DNA from: Phycisphaerales bacterium
GTDB lineage: Bacteria; Planctomycetota; Phycisphaerae; Phycisphaerales; SM1A02
NCBI GenBank assembly: GCA_014238785.1
Contig: JABAAL010000006.1
Location: forward strand, 13,329 to 77,328
Length of the DNA: 64,000 nt
Direction: 5' to 3'
The position numbers and the translations under genes were made by a program. Of the stretch, positions 28,152 through 37,536 are shown piece by piece. Position 1 is the first letter of the stretch, and each line of letters opens with the position of its first letter. Under the pieces are notes generated by a model. The model ran no database searches, was not told where the DNA came from, and was given only the letters and a program-made list of their open reading frames with translations.

Positions 28152-29957
28152 ATGCCAATTCGAAATTTTTCAATCATTGCTCATATTGACCACGGCAAAA
28201 GCACGCTTGCAGATCGACTTTTACAAGCAACTAAAGCCGTATCTGATCGTGAAGCAAAGGCACAATTGCTTGACTCGATGGATTTAGAACGCGAGCGCGG
28301 CATCACGATCAAGGCCTCCGCAGTTACCGTACTCCATTCATTCGGTGGTGAAGAATTTCAACTAAATTTCATTGACACTCCTGGGCACGTTGACTTTACC
28401 TACGAAGTGTCAAGAGCGCTTACTGCTTGCGAGGGAGCGCTTCTTATTGTTGACGCAACACAAGGCGTCGAAGCGCAAACTGTTGCAAATGCCTACTTGG
28501 CGATTGAAAATGAATTAGAACTTATTCCTGTTGTAAATAAAATTGATTTGCCTTCTGCTGATCCAGAAAAAGTTGCGATGGAGATTGAACAAATCCTTGG
28601 ACTACCTGCAGAAGAGTGCATTTACTGCTCCGCAAAAACTGGCGAAGGGATTACAGAATTACTCGATATAATTTGCAAAAAATTACCTCCGCCAAAACCC
28701 GCTGTCATGGAAGAAACGCGAGCCTTAATTTTTGACTCTCATTACGATGATTACCGAGGTGTCATCGTCTACTTCCGTGTATTTGACGGCTCACTTTCTA
28801 AGGGCGATAAAATTAGAATGATGGGGACGGAGCGGAACTTTACAATTACTGAACTTGGACGGTACACACCAACGCCCGTACAAGCAAAAACCATTGGCAC
28901 TTCAGAAGTGGGCTATATGGTTGCCGCCATTAAAACACTTGATGACGTCCGAATCGGGGACACGATTACCCTCGAATCAAATCCAGCAAGTAAGGCTCTT
29001 CCTGGCTACGAAGAACCGAAGCAAATGGTCTTCTGTGACTTTTACCCTGCCTCAAGTGAAAGCGGAAGCAAAAAGACAGAATTTGAAACACTTCGCGAGG
29101 CAATTGAAAAATTGCGTTTGAACGATTCTAGTTTTACGTTCGAAACGCAGCACAGTGAAGCACTTGGATTTGGATTCCGTTGCGGATTTTTAGGTTTGTT
29201 GCATATGGAAATTGTGCAAGAACGACTCGAACGCGAAGGCGGCGCAGAAATTGTACAAACCGCACCGACGGTAAATTATCAAATCGAAATGACCGACGGT
29301 ACCGTTCTTGACATTCACAATCCAGCCGACTTACCTGACCCCGCACAAATTAAAAATATCTGCGAACCAATTGTTAAAGTTGAAATTATTTGTCCCGACG
29401 AATCCATTGGTGACTTGATGCGACTCTGCGAGGGTAGGCGAGGCATTTTTAAAGGGCAAAAGTTTGTTTCAGAAGGCCGGCAAATGCTCGACTATGAGTT
29501 ACCTCTGGCAGAAATTATCTACGACTTTTACGATAAACTGAAATCAATTACCCGCGGCTACGGGACGATGGATTATGAAATTATTGAATTCAGATCCGAC
29601 CGGCTTGTAAAAGTATCCATCCTTGTCAACGGAGCACCTGTTGAAGCACTAAGCATCATTTGCCACAAAGAAAAGGCAGAAAACAGAACACGTTCAATTT
29701 TGTTGAGATTGCGGAAACAAATTGACCGACACCAGTTTGAAATAGCACTTCAAGCGGCAATTGGTGGGAAAATCATCGCACGTGAAACGGTAAAGGGTTT
29801 TCGAAAAAATGTTACTGCCAAGTGCTATGGTGGTGATATTTCAAGAAAAAGAAAGTTACTTGAAAAACAAAAGAAGGGTAAGCGCCGTATGAAAGCCATA
29901 GGCAACGTGCATATCCCACAATCCGCATTTCTTTCCATCCTAGAACAAGGTGATTAA
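28152..29957 (+). CDS. lepA: Elongation factor 4
   Basis: IRNFSIIAHIDHGKSTLADRLL, NFIDTPGHVDF, NKIDL, and the LepA-specific C-terminus CYGGDISRKRKLLEKQKKGKRRMK. The ATG at 28152 is preferred over the 28032 extension, which overlaps rimO. Confidence 0.95.
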   Translation: MPIRNFSIIAHIDHGKSTLADRLLQATKAVSDREAKAQLLDSMDLERERGITIKASAVTVLHSFGGEEFQLNFIDTPGHVDFTYEVSRALTACEGALLIVDATQGVEAQTVANAYLAIENELELIPVVNKIDLPSADPEKVAMEIEQILGLPAEECIYCSAKTGEGITELLDIICKKLPPPKPAVMEETRALIFDSHYDDYRGVIVYFRVFDGSLSKGDKIRMMGTERNFTITELGRYTPTPVQAKTIGTSEVGYMVAAIKTLDDVRIGDTITLESNPASKALPGYEEPKQMVFCDFYPASSESGSKKTEFETLREAIEKLRLNDSSFTFETQHSEALGFGFRCGFLGLLHMEIVQERLEREGGAEIVQTAPTVNYQIEMTDGTVLDIHNPADLPDPAQIKNICEPIVKVEIICPDESIGDLMRLCEGRRGIFKGQKFVSEGRQMLDYELPLAEIIYDFYDKLKSITRGYGTMDYEIIEFRSDRLVKVSILVNGAPVEALSIICHKEKAENRTRSILLRLRKQIDRHQFEIALQAAIGGKIIARETVKGFRKNVTAKCYGGDISRKRKLLEKQKKGKRRMKAIGNVHIPQSAFLSILEQGD

Positions 29958-29960
29958 ACA

Positions 29961-30656
29961 ATGAAGAATAACACAATCAATATAGCAATCGCAATTTTCC
30001 TTTTTATTGCCGTTATCACAACTACGCTTATGAGTAACGATCGTACTGGAGTTCTTGGTCCAACCGATTCTGTTGTCCTCGCAGGAAGTGATGGCGATAT
30101 AACAATCAAAAACAACGACGGTCGTCTTTCTTGGGGAGATAAAAAAACAAGTACAGTTTGGTCGATTGGATTTATGGAAACTGGAAAAGCTTTATCACAA
30201 TTACTGAAAGCCGAGCACTTCATTGAAGATCGCGATGACTTAGAAGAAGAGTTAATGGGCACCATTTCTGAAACTCGTAGTGCACTTGAAGCAGTTGCTG
30301 AAGAAGCCAAAAACCTTGAACCTGATAATCCTAAAAGAATCGAAATTCGCCAACAGTGGGAACGTTTGTACGACGAATTTCAGCGACTTCAAAAAATCGG
30401 CGCCAATGCTAGAAGCGTATTAATGGCAAAGCAAATGCAAGAGTCTTACGAAGAAATTGTTGAAGCCGTTAATGTAGTTTCGGAAAGAATGAACATTGAT
30501 ATCGTGCTTCGTTTCATCCCACCAGATGGTGAATTTGATCAGGGAAACCCTGACTCAACGATAATGCAAATTCGTTTACGAACAGCACTTCGTTTACCTG
30601 AAGGCATTGATATTACGAACGAGGTTCTTGCTGAACTTGGGCTTGACGACGAATAG
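29961..30656 (+). CDS. OmpH/Skp-like protein (third paralog)
   Basis: N-terminal TM or signal helix and a charged coiled-coil body. The C-terminal GIDITNEVLAELG resembles the tails of the two skp copies at 9295-10577. Confidence 0.55.
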   Translation: MKNNTINIAIAIFLFIAVITTTLMSNDRTGVLGPTDSVVLAGSDGDITIKNNDGRLSWGDKKTSTVWSIGFMETGKALSQLLKAEHFIEDRDDLEEELMGTISETRSALEAVAEEAKNLEPDNPKRIEIRQQWERLYDEFQRLQKIGANARSVLMAKQMQESYEEIVEAVNVVSERMNIDIVLRFIPPDGEFDQGNPDSTIMQIRLRTALRLPEGIDITNEVLAELGLDDE

Positions 30657-31302
30657 CCCCACGGAATTTGTCTGAAACAACGCCCTTGATCTCCGACATG
30701 TTTGGGCACTTGTCCTCAAGAATGTCTCGCATGGATGTCACGCTGCGACCTACAAGACCGCACGGAACAATCAAGTCAAAGTGTTGCATGGTTGGCTCAA
30801 CATTTAATGCAAAACCATGCATGGATACCCAGCGTGAAACACGAACCCCCATCGCACAAATTTTTGAGTCTCCTACCCAAACACCTGTCGCACAGTCGTC
30901 GCGATGCGCTTCAATTTCGTACTGTGCAAGCACATCAATAATGACGGATTCTAAAAAGCGCATATAACTATCAATGCGAAGAGACAGCGCATTTAAATCA
31001 ACAATGGGGTATCCCACAAGTTGGCCTGGGCCGTGGTATGTGATATCACCACCACGATTTGTTTCGCAAACAACCACACCCGCATCCTTAAGTTGTTGCG
31101 AAGTAGCAAGTAAATGCTCTTTTGCGGACGGGCGTTTACTGACTGTAATAACTGGCGGGTCGTGCTCCAGCAACAACATATGAAATGAGTCTGGCGAATC
31201 GCCCCGAGAATCAATGACGTGTTTCTGCAAAGTCAATTGTTGCTCGAAAGCAAGTTCGTATGCAATTTTTCCAAGATCTTGTATTTTTAGTTGGCAACAC
31301 AT
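30613..31302 (-). CDS. lipB: Octanoyltransferase (lipoyl(octanoyl) transferase)
   Basis: LLLLEHDPPVITVS, RGGDITYHGPGQLVGYPI, KICAMGVR. Alternative start at 31329. Confidence 0.9.
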   Translation of the reverse strand: MCCQLKIQDLGKIAYELAFEQQLTLQKHVIDSRGDSPDSFHMLLLEHDPPVITVSKRPSAKEHLLATSQQLKDAGVVVCETNRGGDITYHGPGQLVGYPIVDLNALSLRIDSYMRFLESVIIDVLAQYEIEAHRDDCATGVWVGDSKICAMGVRVSRWVSMHGFALNVEPTMQHFDLIVPCGLVGRSVTSMRDILEDKCPNMSEIKGVVSDKFRGAIRRQAQVQQEPRS

Positions 31303-31328
31303 CGCGATTCTTGGAATAATACACGGCA

Positions 31329-32126
31329 ATGGGTCATTTGGAATTTTTTGTCTTGGGAAGCGGTTCCTCCGGTAACTGCAGTTTATTACAGGTCGGTGGC
31401 AATTGGGTCATGATTGACTGTGGTTTTTCAATGAAGCAAACGAAAGAGCGGATGCGAACACATGAAATTCAACTCGATATGGTTGGGGATGTTGTCATCA
31501 CACATCTTGATCGAGACCACTTTAACCCCGCTTGGTGTCGAACTTTTTTACAAAGAGAAGTGCGCGTTCATCTTCATGAAAGTCACATTGCAAGAGCAAA
31601 ACGCGCTGGACTTGATGATGCATGCATTGTTCCATTCACACAGGATTTTGATGTTTGCGGTGCTACTGTTGAGCCAGTGCATGTTGCACATGATGCACTT
31701 GGCACATTCAGTTTTATTTTTGATACTGGCTCAACTCGTTTTGGTTTTGCAACAGATTTGGGTCAAGTTCCCCAGAATTTACTTGATCGCTTTGTGAATC
31801 TCGATGGCGTTGCGTTTGAGTCGAATTATGACCCAATTATGCAAGAAATGAGTAACCGACCCGAATCACTCAAATCAAGAATTATGGATGGCGGTGGGCA
31901 TCTTTCCAATGAACAATCCCTTGCTGCAATTTGCCAGATAGCATCCGAGTCTGATCTTCAACACATTGTGCTGCTGCACCTATCAAGGCAGTGCAATTCG
32001 CCTGAGATTATTCGTGACTTATATCTGAATAATCTTGCCTATCTTTACAATTCGGTGACCATTACGTGCCAAGACAGGTGCTCCCGATTGCTAAAAATCA
32101 TAAATAAAGTGGAATCACTCACCTAA
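31329..32126 (+). CDS. MBL-fold metallo-hydrolase
   Basis: ITHLDRDH (HxHxDH-type motif), N-terminal GSGSSGNC, later GGHLSN. PhnP/YycJ-like in size. Confidence 0.8.
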   Translation: MGHLEFFVLGSGSSGNCSLLQVGGNWVMIDCGFSMKQTKERMRTHEIQLDMVGDVVITHLDRDHFNPAWCRTFLQREVRVHLHESHIARAKRAGLDDACIVPFTQDFDVCGATVEPVHVAHDALGTFSFIFDTGSTRFGFATDLGQVPQNLLDRFVNLDGVAFESNYDPIMQEMSNRPESLKSRIMDGGGHLSNEQSLAAICQIASESDLQHIVLLHLSRQCNSPEIIRDLYLNNLAYLYNSVTITCQDRCSRLLKIINKVESLT

Positions 32127-32224
32127 TCTCTTTGATTGCAACAGGTTGTACATTCTAAAACCTCATAGCAAATTCAGGGAAAACCAAAGGAAAAACCCCC
32201 TACGATGCCGATATGTAGGGTGCT

Positions 32225-34618
32225 ATGGGAACTTCTGCAATACGATCACGTCGCGGGCAATCAAGCGGCTCCTCCGCTCTTACCGCCGCTGGCCTGCAAT
32301 CTAGGATAATCTGGATTTCTAGCGCCACAATCGCCCTATTTGTGGCGGTTGCACTCCTTTCATTTAATGCTGGGGATTCACCTTCCCATGTTGTGGCGGT
32401 TCACAACGATCCTGCATCGAATTGGTGTGGAATAGTCGGTGCTTGGATTGCCTACTGGACATATCACGTGCTCGGGTTTGGAGTTTGGGTATTGCTCGCT
32501 GGAATAGCGGCATGGGTCACACTGGTTTTTAGAGGCGCAGAAATATCGCACACTGCTATTCGAGCGCTTGGCTTTCTCATTATGGCACTCGCAGTTTCGT
32601 GTTTTCATGAGTTATTTTTCCCCGAACTTGGAACACTTGCAGGAGCAAAGGCTGGGCTCATTGCCAAAACTATTGTCACGCAACTTGAAACAAGTTTCAG
32701 TGGCTTTGGTGCTTTCCTCATTGTTCTCGCTGCATTTTCAATTGGACTTGTTGTTGGTGCTGAAAAAATTGCATTTGCAATTCCACATGTTATTTGGACA
32801 GGAATACAAAAAACTACACAGTTCCGCACTTCAAAAGCTTCAATGCCATCATTGTCGTTCCTTCGACTGCAACGCACTGCCGTACTTGAACAAGATGAAG
32901 ACGTTGATGAAGATTGGGATGAAGAAGAATATTCAGTAGATGAATACGAAGATGAGTACGAAGGCGAAGAGTATGAAGAAGAGAAAATTGAAGAAGAGCC
33001 ACGTAAAAGATTAACACCCGCTGAATTAGTAAAGAAGATGGCAAAATTACCCGTGCGCGTTGCTTCGAGTGGCAAGGCAGCGAAAGAATCTGACATTCAA
33101 AGGCCAGATGATTTTGAAGGGTATATTTTTCCTTCGCTCGATTTGCTTGAAAATCCGCAAGAGAGTTTCGGCGATTCCATAGAAGAACTTGTTCGTCAAC
33201 AGGCGGTTGACCTTGAAGAAACGTTACAGATGTATGGCATTGATGGGGAAGTTGCAAGCATCGAAGCTGGCCCGACAATTACGTTGTATTCCATTAATCT
33301 TGCTCCCGGAACAAAGGTGTCGAGTATCAATGGTGTCGCAAGTGACATCGCTCGAAGTTTAGGGGCGCCAAACATTCGAATCGTTCCAAACACTGCTGGA
33401 CGTAAAACCGTCGGTATCGAAGTTCCTAATCCAGAACGGGAAACTGTTTGCATCAAAGAGTTGATGAGGAGCAAAAAGACTGAAAAAATGAAACTGCCAA
33501 TGTTCCTTGGCAAAGACGCCTCTGGCGAACCCATGGTAGAAGATCTTACAAGAATGCCACATATGCTTGTTGCGGGCACAACTGGTTCAGGAAAAAGTGT
33601 TTGCATAAATTCGATTATTGCTGGATGGATGTACACGAAGCGGCCAGACGAATTAAAACTTATTTTGGTTGATCCAAAAATGGTTGAATTAAGTCAGTTT
33701 TCTGATATCCCTCACCTTGCGTGTCCTGTTGTCACTGAGATGGGTCGAGCTGCGGCCATTTTAGAGTGGGCAGTTGCACGTATGGAAGAGCGGTATCAAA
33801 TTTTCCGAAAACTTGGTGTTCGTGATTTACTCGGATTCAATGAACTTACTGAGGATGAAATTTACAAAATTCTCGATCCGCAATCTGAAGAAGAAAAAGC
33901 GCGCATCCCCGTAAAACTTCCATACATTGTTTTCATTATTGACGAACTTGCAGACTTAATGATGACTGCCAAAGATGTTGAACAAGCAATTGTTCGGATT
34001 GCACAAAAAGCGCGAGCCGTTGGCATTCACCTAATACTTGCAACGCAACGTCCTGAGGCAAAAGTTGTTACGGGTTTGATTAAATCGAATATGCCTTGCC
34101 GTGTTGCATTTAAAGTAAGTAGCGGCATGGACAGCCGAATTGTTCTTGACACAAAGGGTGCTGAATTGTTGCTTGGCAATGGCGACATGTTGTATATTTC
34201 TCCGGGCTCTACAACTGCGAACCGTTCCCAAGGTACTTTTGTATCGGCAAAAGAAATTCGTTCAATCGTGAAGCATCTGAAAGAAGTTGCTGCTCCTAAC
34301 TTTGAACGTAGTTTGGTTCAGATTAAACCTGGTGGTGGAAGTAGTGTTAGTGAGGAGGGTGGGGACATCCAAGAACGCGACGACTTGTTTGACGACGCCG
34401 TGCGAATCATGATTGAATCTGGCCGCGGATCCGTTTCCCTTCTTCAACGGCGAATGGGTATTGGGTACGGACGCGCTTCTCGTCTTGTTGAACAGATGGC
34501 GGTTGCTGGTATCGTTGGCGAGCACAAAGGTTCCGTTGCCCGTGAAATCCTCATCTCACTCGAAGATTGGGACGAAATGCAGCAACTCGAAGCCGACGAC
34601 GACCCCGACCTCGAATAA
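32225..34618 (+). CDS. ftsK: DNA translocase FtsK/SpoIIIE
   Basis: N-terminal TM helices, an acidic low-complexity linker, the motor domain (VAGTTGSGKSVCIN, IDELADLMM, LILATQRP), and a C-terminal gamma winged helix (SVSLLQRRMGIGYGRASRLVEQM). Confidence 0.95.
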   Translation: MGTSAIRSRRGQSSGSSALTAAGLQSRIIWISSATIALFVAVALLSFNAGDSPSHVVAVHNDPASNWCGIVGAWIAYWTYHVLGFGVWVLLAGIAAWVTLVFRGAEISHTAIRALGFLIMALAVSCFHELFFPELGTLAGAKAGLIAKTIVTQLETSFSGFGAFLIVLAAFSIGLVVGAEKIAFAIPHVIWTGIQKTTQFRTSKASMPSLSFLRLQRTAVLEQDEDVDEDWDEEEYSVDEYEDEYEGEEYEEEKIEEEPRKRLTPAELVKKMAKLPVRVASSGKAAKESDIQRPDDFEGYIFPSLDLLENPQESFGDSIEELVRQQAVDLEETLQMYGIDGEVASIEAGPTITLYSINLAPGTKVSSINGVASDIARSLGAPNIRIVPNTAGRKTVGIEVPNPERETVCIKELMRSKKTEKMKLPMFLGKDASGEPMVEDLTRMPHMLVAGTTGSGKSVCINSIIAGWMYTKRPDELKLILVDPKMVELSQFSDIPHLACPVVTEMGRAAAILEWAVARMEERYQIFRKLGVRDLLGFNELTEDEIYKILDPQSEEEKARIPVKLPYIVFIIDELADLMMTAKDVEQAIVRIAQKARAVGIHLILATQRPEAKVVTGLIKSNMPCRVAFKVSSGMDSRIVLDTKGAELLLGNGDMLYISPGSTTANRSQGTFVSAKEIRSIVKHLKEVAAPNFERSLVQIKPGGGSSVSEEGGDIQERDDLFDDAVRIMIESGRGSVSLLQRRMGIGYGRASRLVEQMAVAGIVGEHKGSVAREILISLEDWDEMQQLEADDDPDLE

Positions 34619-34798
34619 ATATAAAAAAATTCATCCAAGGAATTTTTTCGTATATGAACCCTGAGATATTGCACTCTTTTTTGGCTTATTTTAGTACTGG
34701 TGCGACAAATAAACCATTATTTACCTCGGAGGAATTTTTTTGCCGATAGATATCGAGGACTTGTGGCACACCACTCTGGGGCAACCAATCAAAAATTG

Positions 34799-34890
34799 GA
34801 CGCCAAGAGCAGGCGCCACAACGACCAAGGCAATGTGCCTTGGGCGGTGTGCCCTCCCAAAGCGGGAGGGGTGAAGGGCTTGGCGGCGTC
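34799..34890 (+). promoter_or_regulatory. Candidate structured RNA element (closing helix enclosing two perfect hairpins)
   Basis: GCCAAG 34802-34807 pairs with CTTGGC 34879-34884, flanked by GAC/GTC. Hairpin CCAAGGCA-ATG-TGCCTTGG at 34825-34843. Hairpin CCCTCCC-AAAGC-GGGAGGG at 34852-34870. No coding potential in the gap. Confidence 0.35.
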
Positions 34891-34939
34891 AAATGGAACG
34901 CGACTGTTAAGCATGGCAGCGTTTATAAGGAGGTGATCA

Positions 34940-34993
34940 GTGATCGAATTAAGTGACTGTACAAGTGGGCTGCATGGAAATCTGAGCCCGTAG
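34940..34993 (+). other. Candidate leader mini-ORF (17 codons, MIELSDCTSGLHGNLSP)
   Basis: AAGGAGGTGA at 34927-34936 is followed after 3 nt by GTG at 34940. The TAG stop at 34991-34993 lies inside the 5' arm of a hairpin. Confidence 0.25.
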
Positions 34994-35036
34994 ACCCCTC
35001 GGGTTTACAGGTCTGTAGCCCCAAACAGGACTATCG

Positions 35037-35073
35037 CTCGGCGGTTGCTTCTTGCAACCGCCGAGTTTTTTTT
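35037..35073 (+). terminator. Intrinsic terminator-like hairpin immediately upstream of the carboxylase start codon
   Basis: Perfect 12-bp stem CTCGGCGGTTGC/GCAACCGCCGAG, loop TTCTT, then eight T. The U tract ends 21 nt before the ATG at 35095. Confidence 0.7.
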
Positions 35074-35094
35074 GACTCTGATATCCTGCACAGT

Positions 35095-36729
35095 ATGAGC
35101 GAACCCTCCACACTACAACAAGCTACTTCAAAACTCGTCGAAACCGCAGAACAAATCAAACTCGGTGGCGGCGAACGTGGTATAGAGCGCCAACACCGAC
35201 ATGGCCGGCTCACGGCACGAGAAAGAATCGAAAAACTCGCTGACAAAGGTGCTCCACAATTTGAGTGTGGCCTCTTTATTGCTCACAACATGTATGAAGA
35301 ATTCGGCGGTGCACCATCAGCAGGCGTCGTCACGACCATCACCCATGTTGGCGGAAAGCAATGCATGGTTATCGCCAACGACGCCACCGTAAAAGCTGGT
35401 GCGTTTTTCCCCATGACATGCAAAAAAATTATCCGCGCACAATCAATTGCTGAAAGAGCGCGCTTACCCCTACTGTATTTAGTTGACTCAGCAGGAGTTT
35501 TTCTACCCTTACAAGAAGATGTTTTTCCAGACACTGATGACTTTGGAAGAATTTTTAGAAACAACGCTGTTTTCTCAGCAAAAGGTATTTCTCAAATTGC
35601 TGCAATCATGGGAAACTGTGTCGCCGGTGGCGGCTACTTGCCCGTACTGTGCGACACGCTTCTTATGACTGAAGGGAGTGGACTCTACCTTGCAGGTCCA
35701 GCGCTCGTTAAAGCTGCAATCGGCCAAGAGGTGGGAAACGAAGAACTTGGTGGTGCTGAAATGCACGCTGAAATTTCTGGAACTATTGATTTCCTTGAAC
35801 CCGATGATGAAGCGTGCATCAAAAGATTGCAAGCACTTGTACACAGCGATATGTCCGTGCACCCCCTTGCGGATCCACCCTACGAGGTTGTCGACTCTTC
35901 AAAAAAACCTAAAGAGATAGACAATGTTTTTCGCGCAGCCTCCCACGAACAATACGATATGAATGAGCTCTTGGCGTGCATTGTTGATGATGAGAGTTAT
36001 AACGAATACAAAGCGGATTATGGCCGTTCGATGGTCTGTGGATATTCGCGAATCGGCGGATGGCCATGCGGCATTGTTGCGAACCAACGATGCCTTACTC
36101 AAAAGAAAATGGCCGGTGGGAAGGCTGGTCCCTCAACTTCTGCAAACATGCCCGCGGTCATTTATACCGAAGCGGCAGATAAAGCAGCTCGTTTTATTAT
36201 GGACTGCAATCAAAAAAGAATTCCAATCATCTTTGTCAACGATACGACTGGATTTATGGTTGGACGCGATAGCGAACAAGCAGGAATTATTCGTTCGGGT
36301 GCAAAAATGGTGAATGCAATGAGTAACTGCATCGTTCCAAAAATCACATTAATAGTCGGTAGCAGCTATGGCGCTGGGCATTACGCTATGTGCGGTCGCG
36401 CTTTTGATCCATTCCTCACACTTGCTTGGCCAAATGCAAAGTACGCTGTCATGGGTGGGGCAGCAGCAGCAAATACACTCCTTCAAATTAATCTTGCCGC
36501 GCGCAAGCGTCGCGGTGAAGAAGTCGACCCAGAAGAAAGCAAACAACTACTTGCCGCAATCGCTGCAAGTTATGAAGAACAACAAGATATTTTCTATGGT
36601 GCGGCGCGTGGCTGGGTGGATCGACTGATTAATCCAGAAGATACACGCCTAGAATTAATTGAAGCACTCTCTATCGCTTCCACGTTTGAGATAGAAGGCG
36701 AATACAAAACCGGCGTGCTCCAAACATGA
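35095..36729 (+). CDS. Acyl-CoA carboxylase carboxyltransferase (beta) subunit, methylcrotonyl-CoA carboxylase-beta-like
   Basis: GRLTARERIEKL, VIANDATVKAGAFFP, LVDSAGVFLPLQEDVFPD..FGRIFRN, NCVAGGGYLP, EELGGAEMH. Substrate specificity cannot be told from sequence by eye. Confidence 0.85.
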   Translation: MSEPSTLQQATSKLVETAEQIKLGGGERGIERQHRHGRLTARERIEKLADKGAPQFECGLFIAHNMYEEFGGAPSAGVVTTITHVGGKQCMVIANDATVKAGAFFPMTCKKIIRAQSIAERARLPLLYLVDSAGVFLPLQEDVFPDTDDFGRIFRNNAVFSAKGISQIAAIMGNCVAGGGYLPVLCDTLLMTEGSGLYLAGPALVKAAIGQEVGNEELGGAEMHAEISGTIDFLEPDDEACIKRLQALVHSDMSVHPLADPPYEVVDSSKKPKEIDNVFRAASHEQYDMNELLACIVDDESYNEYKADYGRSMVCGYSRIGGWPCGIVANQRCLTQKKMAGGKAGPSTSANMPAVIYTEAADKAARFIMDCNQKRIPIIFVNDTTGFMVGRDSEQAGIIRSGAKMVNAMSNCIVPKITLIVGSSYGAGHYAMCGRAFDPFLTLAWPNAKYAVMGGAAAANTLLQINLAARKRRGEEVDPEESKQLLAAIAASYEEQQDIFYGAARGWVDRLINPEDTRLELIEALSIASTFEIEGEYKTGVLQT

Positions 36730-37505
36730 AAATCCCACTCGAAGGGAAATCTATTTTAATTACTGGTGCAAGCAGCGGCATCGGTGAAGCGACCGCAAGA
36801 GCATGTACAAAAGCTGGTATGCGCTGTGTTATCACCGCACGACGAACAAAAAGACTTCAAACACTTGCACGTGACCTTGGGGACACTTGTACATATATTT
36901 CAGGCGATGTCACAGCGGCAGGTTTTAATACGCAACTGCTCGATGAAGCGGGTGACACCTATGCCATCTTTGCAAATGCTGGATTTGGCCTCGACCAAAA
37001 GATGATTAATTTGGACCAACAACAATTCCGTAATTTATTCAACACAAATGTTTTTGCTCCCGTTGAGCTTGCTTCACTTGCCGCAAAGAAAATGGCGGCA
37101 AACAAATCTGGTCACATTTTATTTTGTGCAAGTTGTCTTTCAAAATTTGCAACACCAAGCCACGGTGCATATTGTGCAAGTAAATCTGCGCTTGAAGCCA
37201 TTGCAAAATCAATGCGAATGGAGTTAAAAGAAGACGCTGTTTTTGTTAGCACCGTACATCCAATTGGGACTCGCACAGAATTTTTTGATATGAGCGCAAC
37301 TCGGAGCGGCAAAAAACAATCTGATTTTGAAAGCCAAACACCCTCTTGGCTCATGCAGCACCCTGATACAGTCGCAAATGCTATTGTTAGATGCTTACGT
37401 CGCCCAAAACCAGAAGTTTGGACGAGCGTTCCAATGCGTCTGATAAGCACCTCATTTAGTGCGTTTCCACGACTCTCAGAGGCCATTACTACAAGATTTT
37501 CTTGA
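36726..37505 (+). CDS. Short-chain dehydrogenase/reductase (SDR) family oxidoreductase
   Basis: ILITGASSGIGEATA (TGxxxGxG) and YCASKSALE (YxxxK). It overlaps the carboxylase gene by 4 nt. Confidence 0.88.
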   Translation: MKIPLEGKSILITGASSGIGEATARACTKAGMRCVITARRTKRLQTLARDLGDTCTYISGDVTAAGFNTQLLDEAGDTYAIFANAGFGLDQKMINLDQQQFRNLFNTNVFAPVELASLAAKKMAANKSGHILFCASCLSKFATPSHGAYCASKSALEAIAKSMRMELKEDAVFVSTVHPIGTRTEFFDMSATRSGKKQSDFESQTPSWLMQHPDTVANAIVRCLRRPKPEVWTSVPMRLISTSFSAFPRLSEAITTRFS

Positions 37506-37536
37506 CTTTGAAACGCTTTACAAGCATAATAAAGGA

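Noticed and set aside
32880-33010. Repetitive GAA/GAT-rich DNA that looked like a tandem repeat or array.
   Set aside because: It is the in-frame acidic low-complexity linker of FtsK (EDVDEDWDEEEYSVDEYEDEYEGEEYEEEK). It is not a CRISPR or satellite. No direct repeats with unique spacers occur anywhere in the window.
34690-35036. Possibility that the structured gap after ftsK encodes RNase P RNA, tmRNA, SRP RNA or 6S RNA.
   Set aside because: I found no GAGGAAAGTCC or ACAGAA..CGGCTTA RNase P cores, no tRNA-like 3' end or tag ORF for tmRNA, and no GGAA-tetraloop or AGCAGC SRP domain IV. It is kept as an unclassified leader instead. An Rfam scan is still needed.
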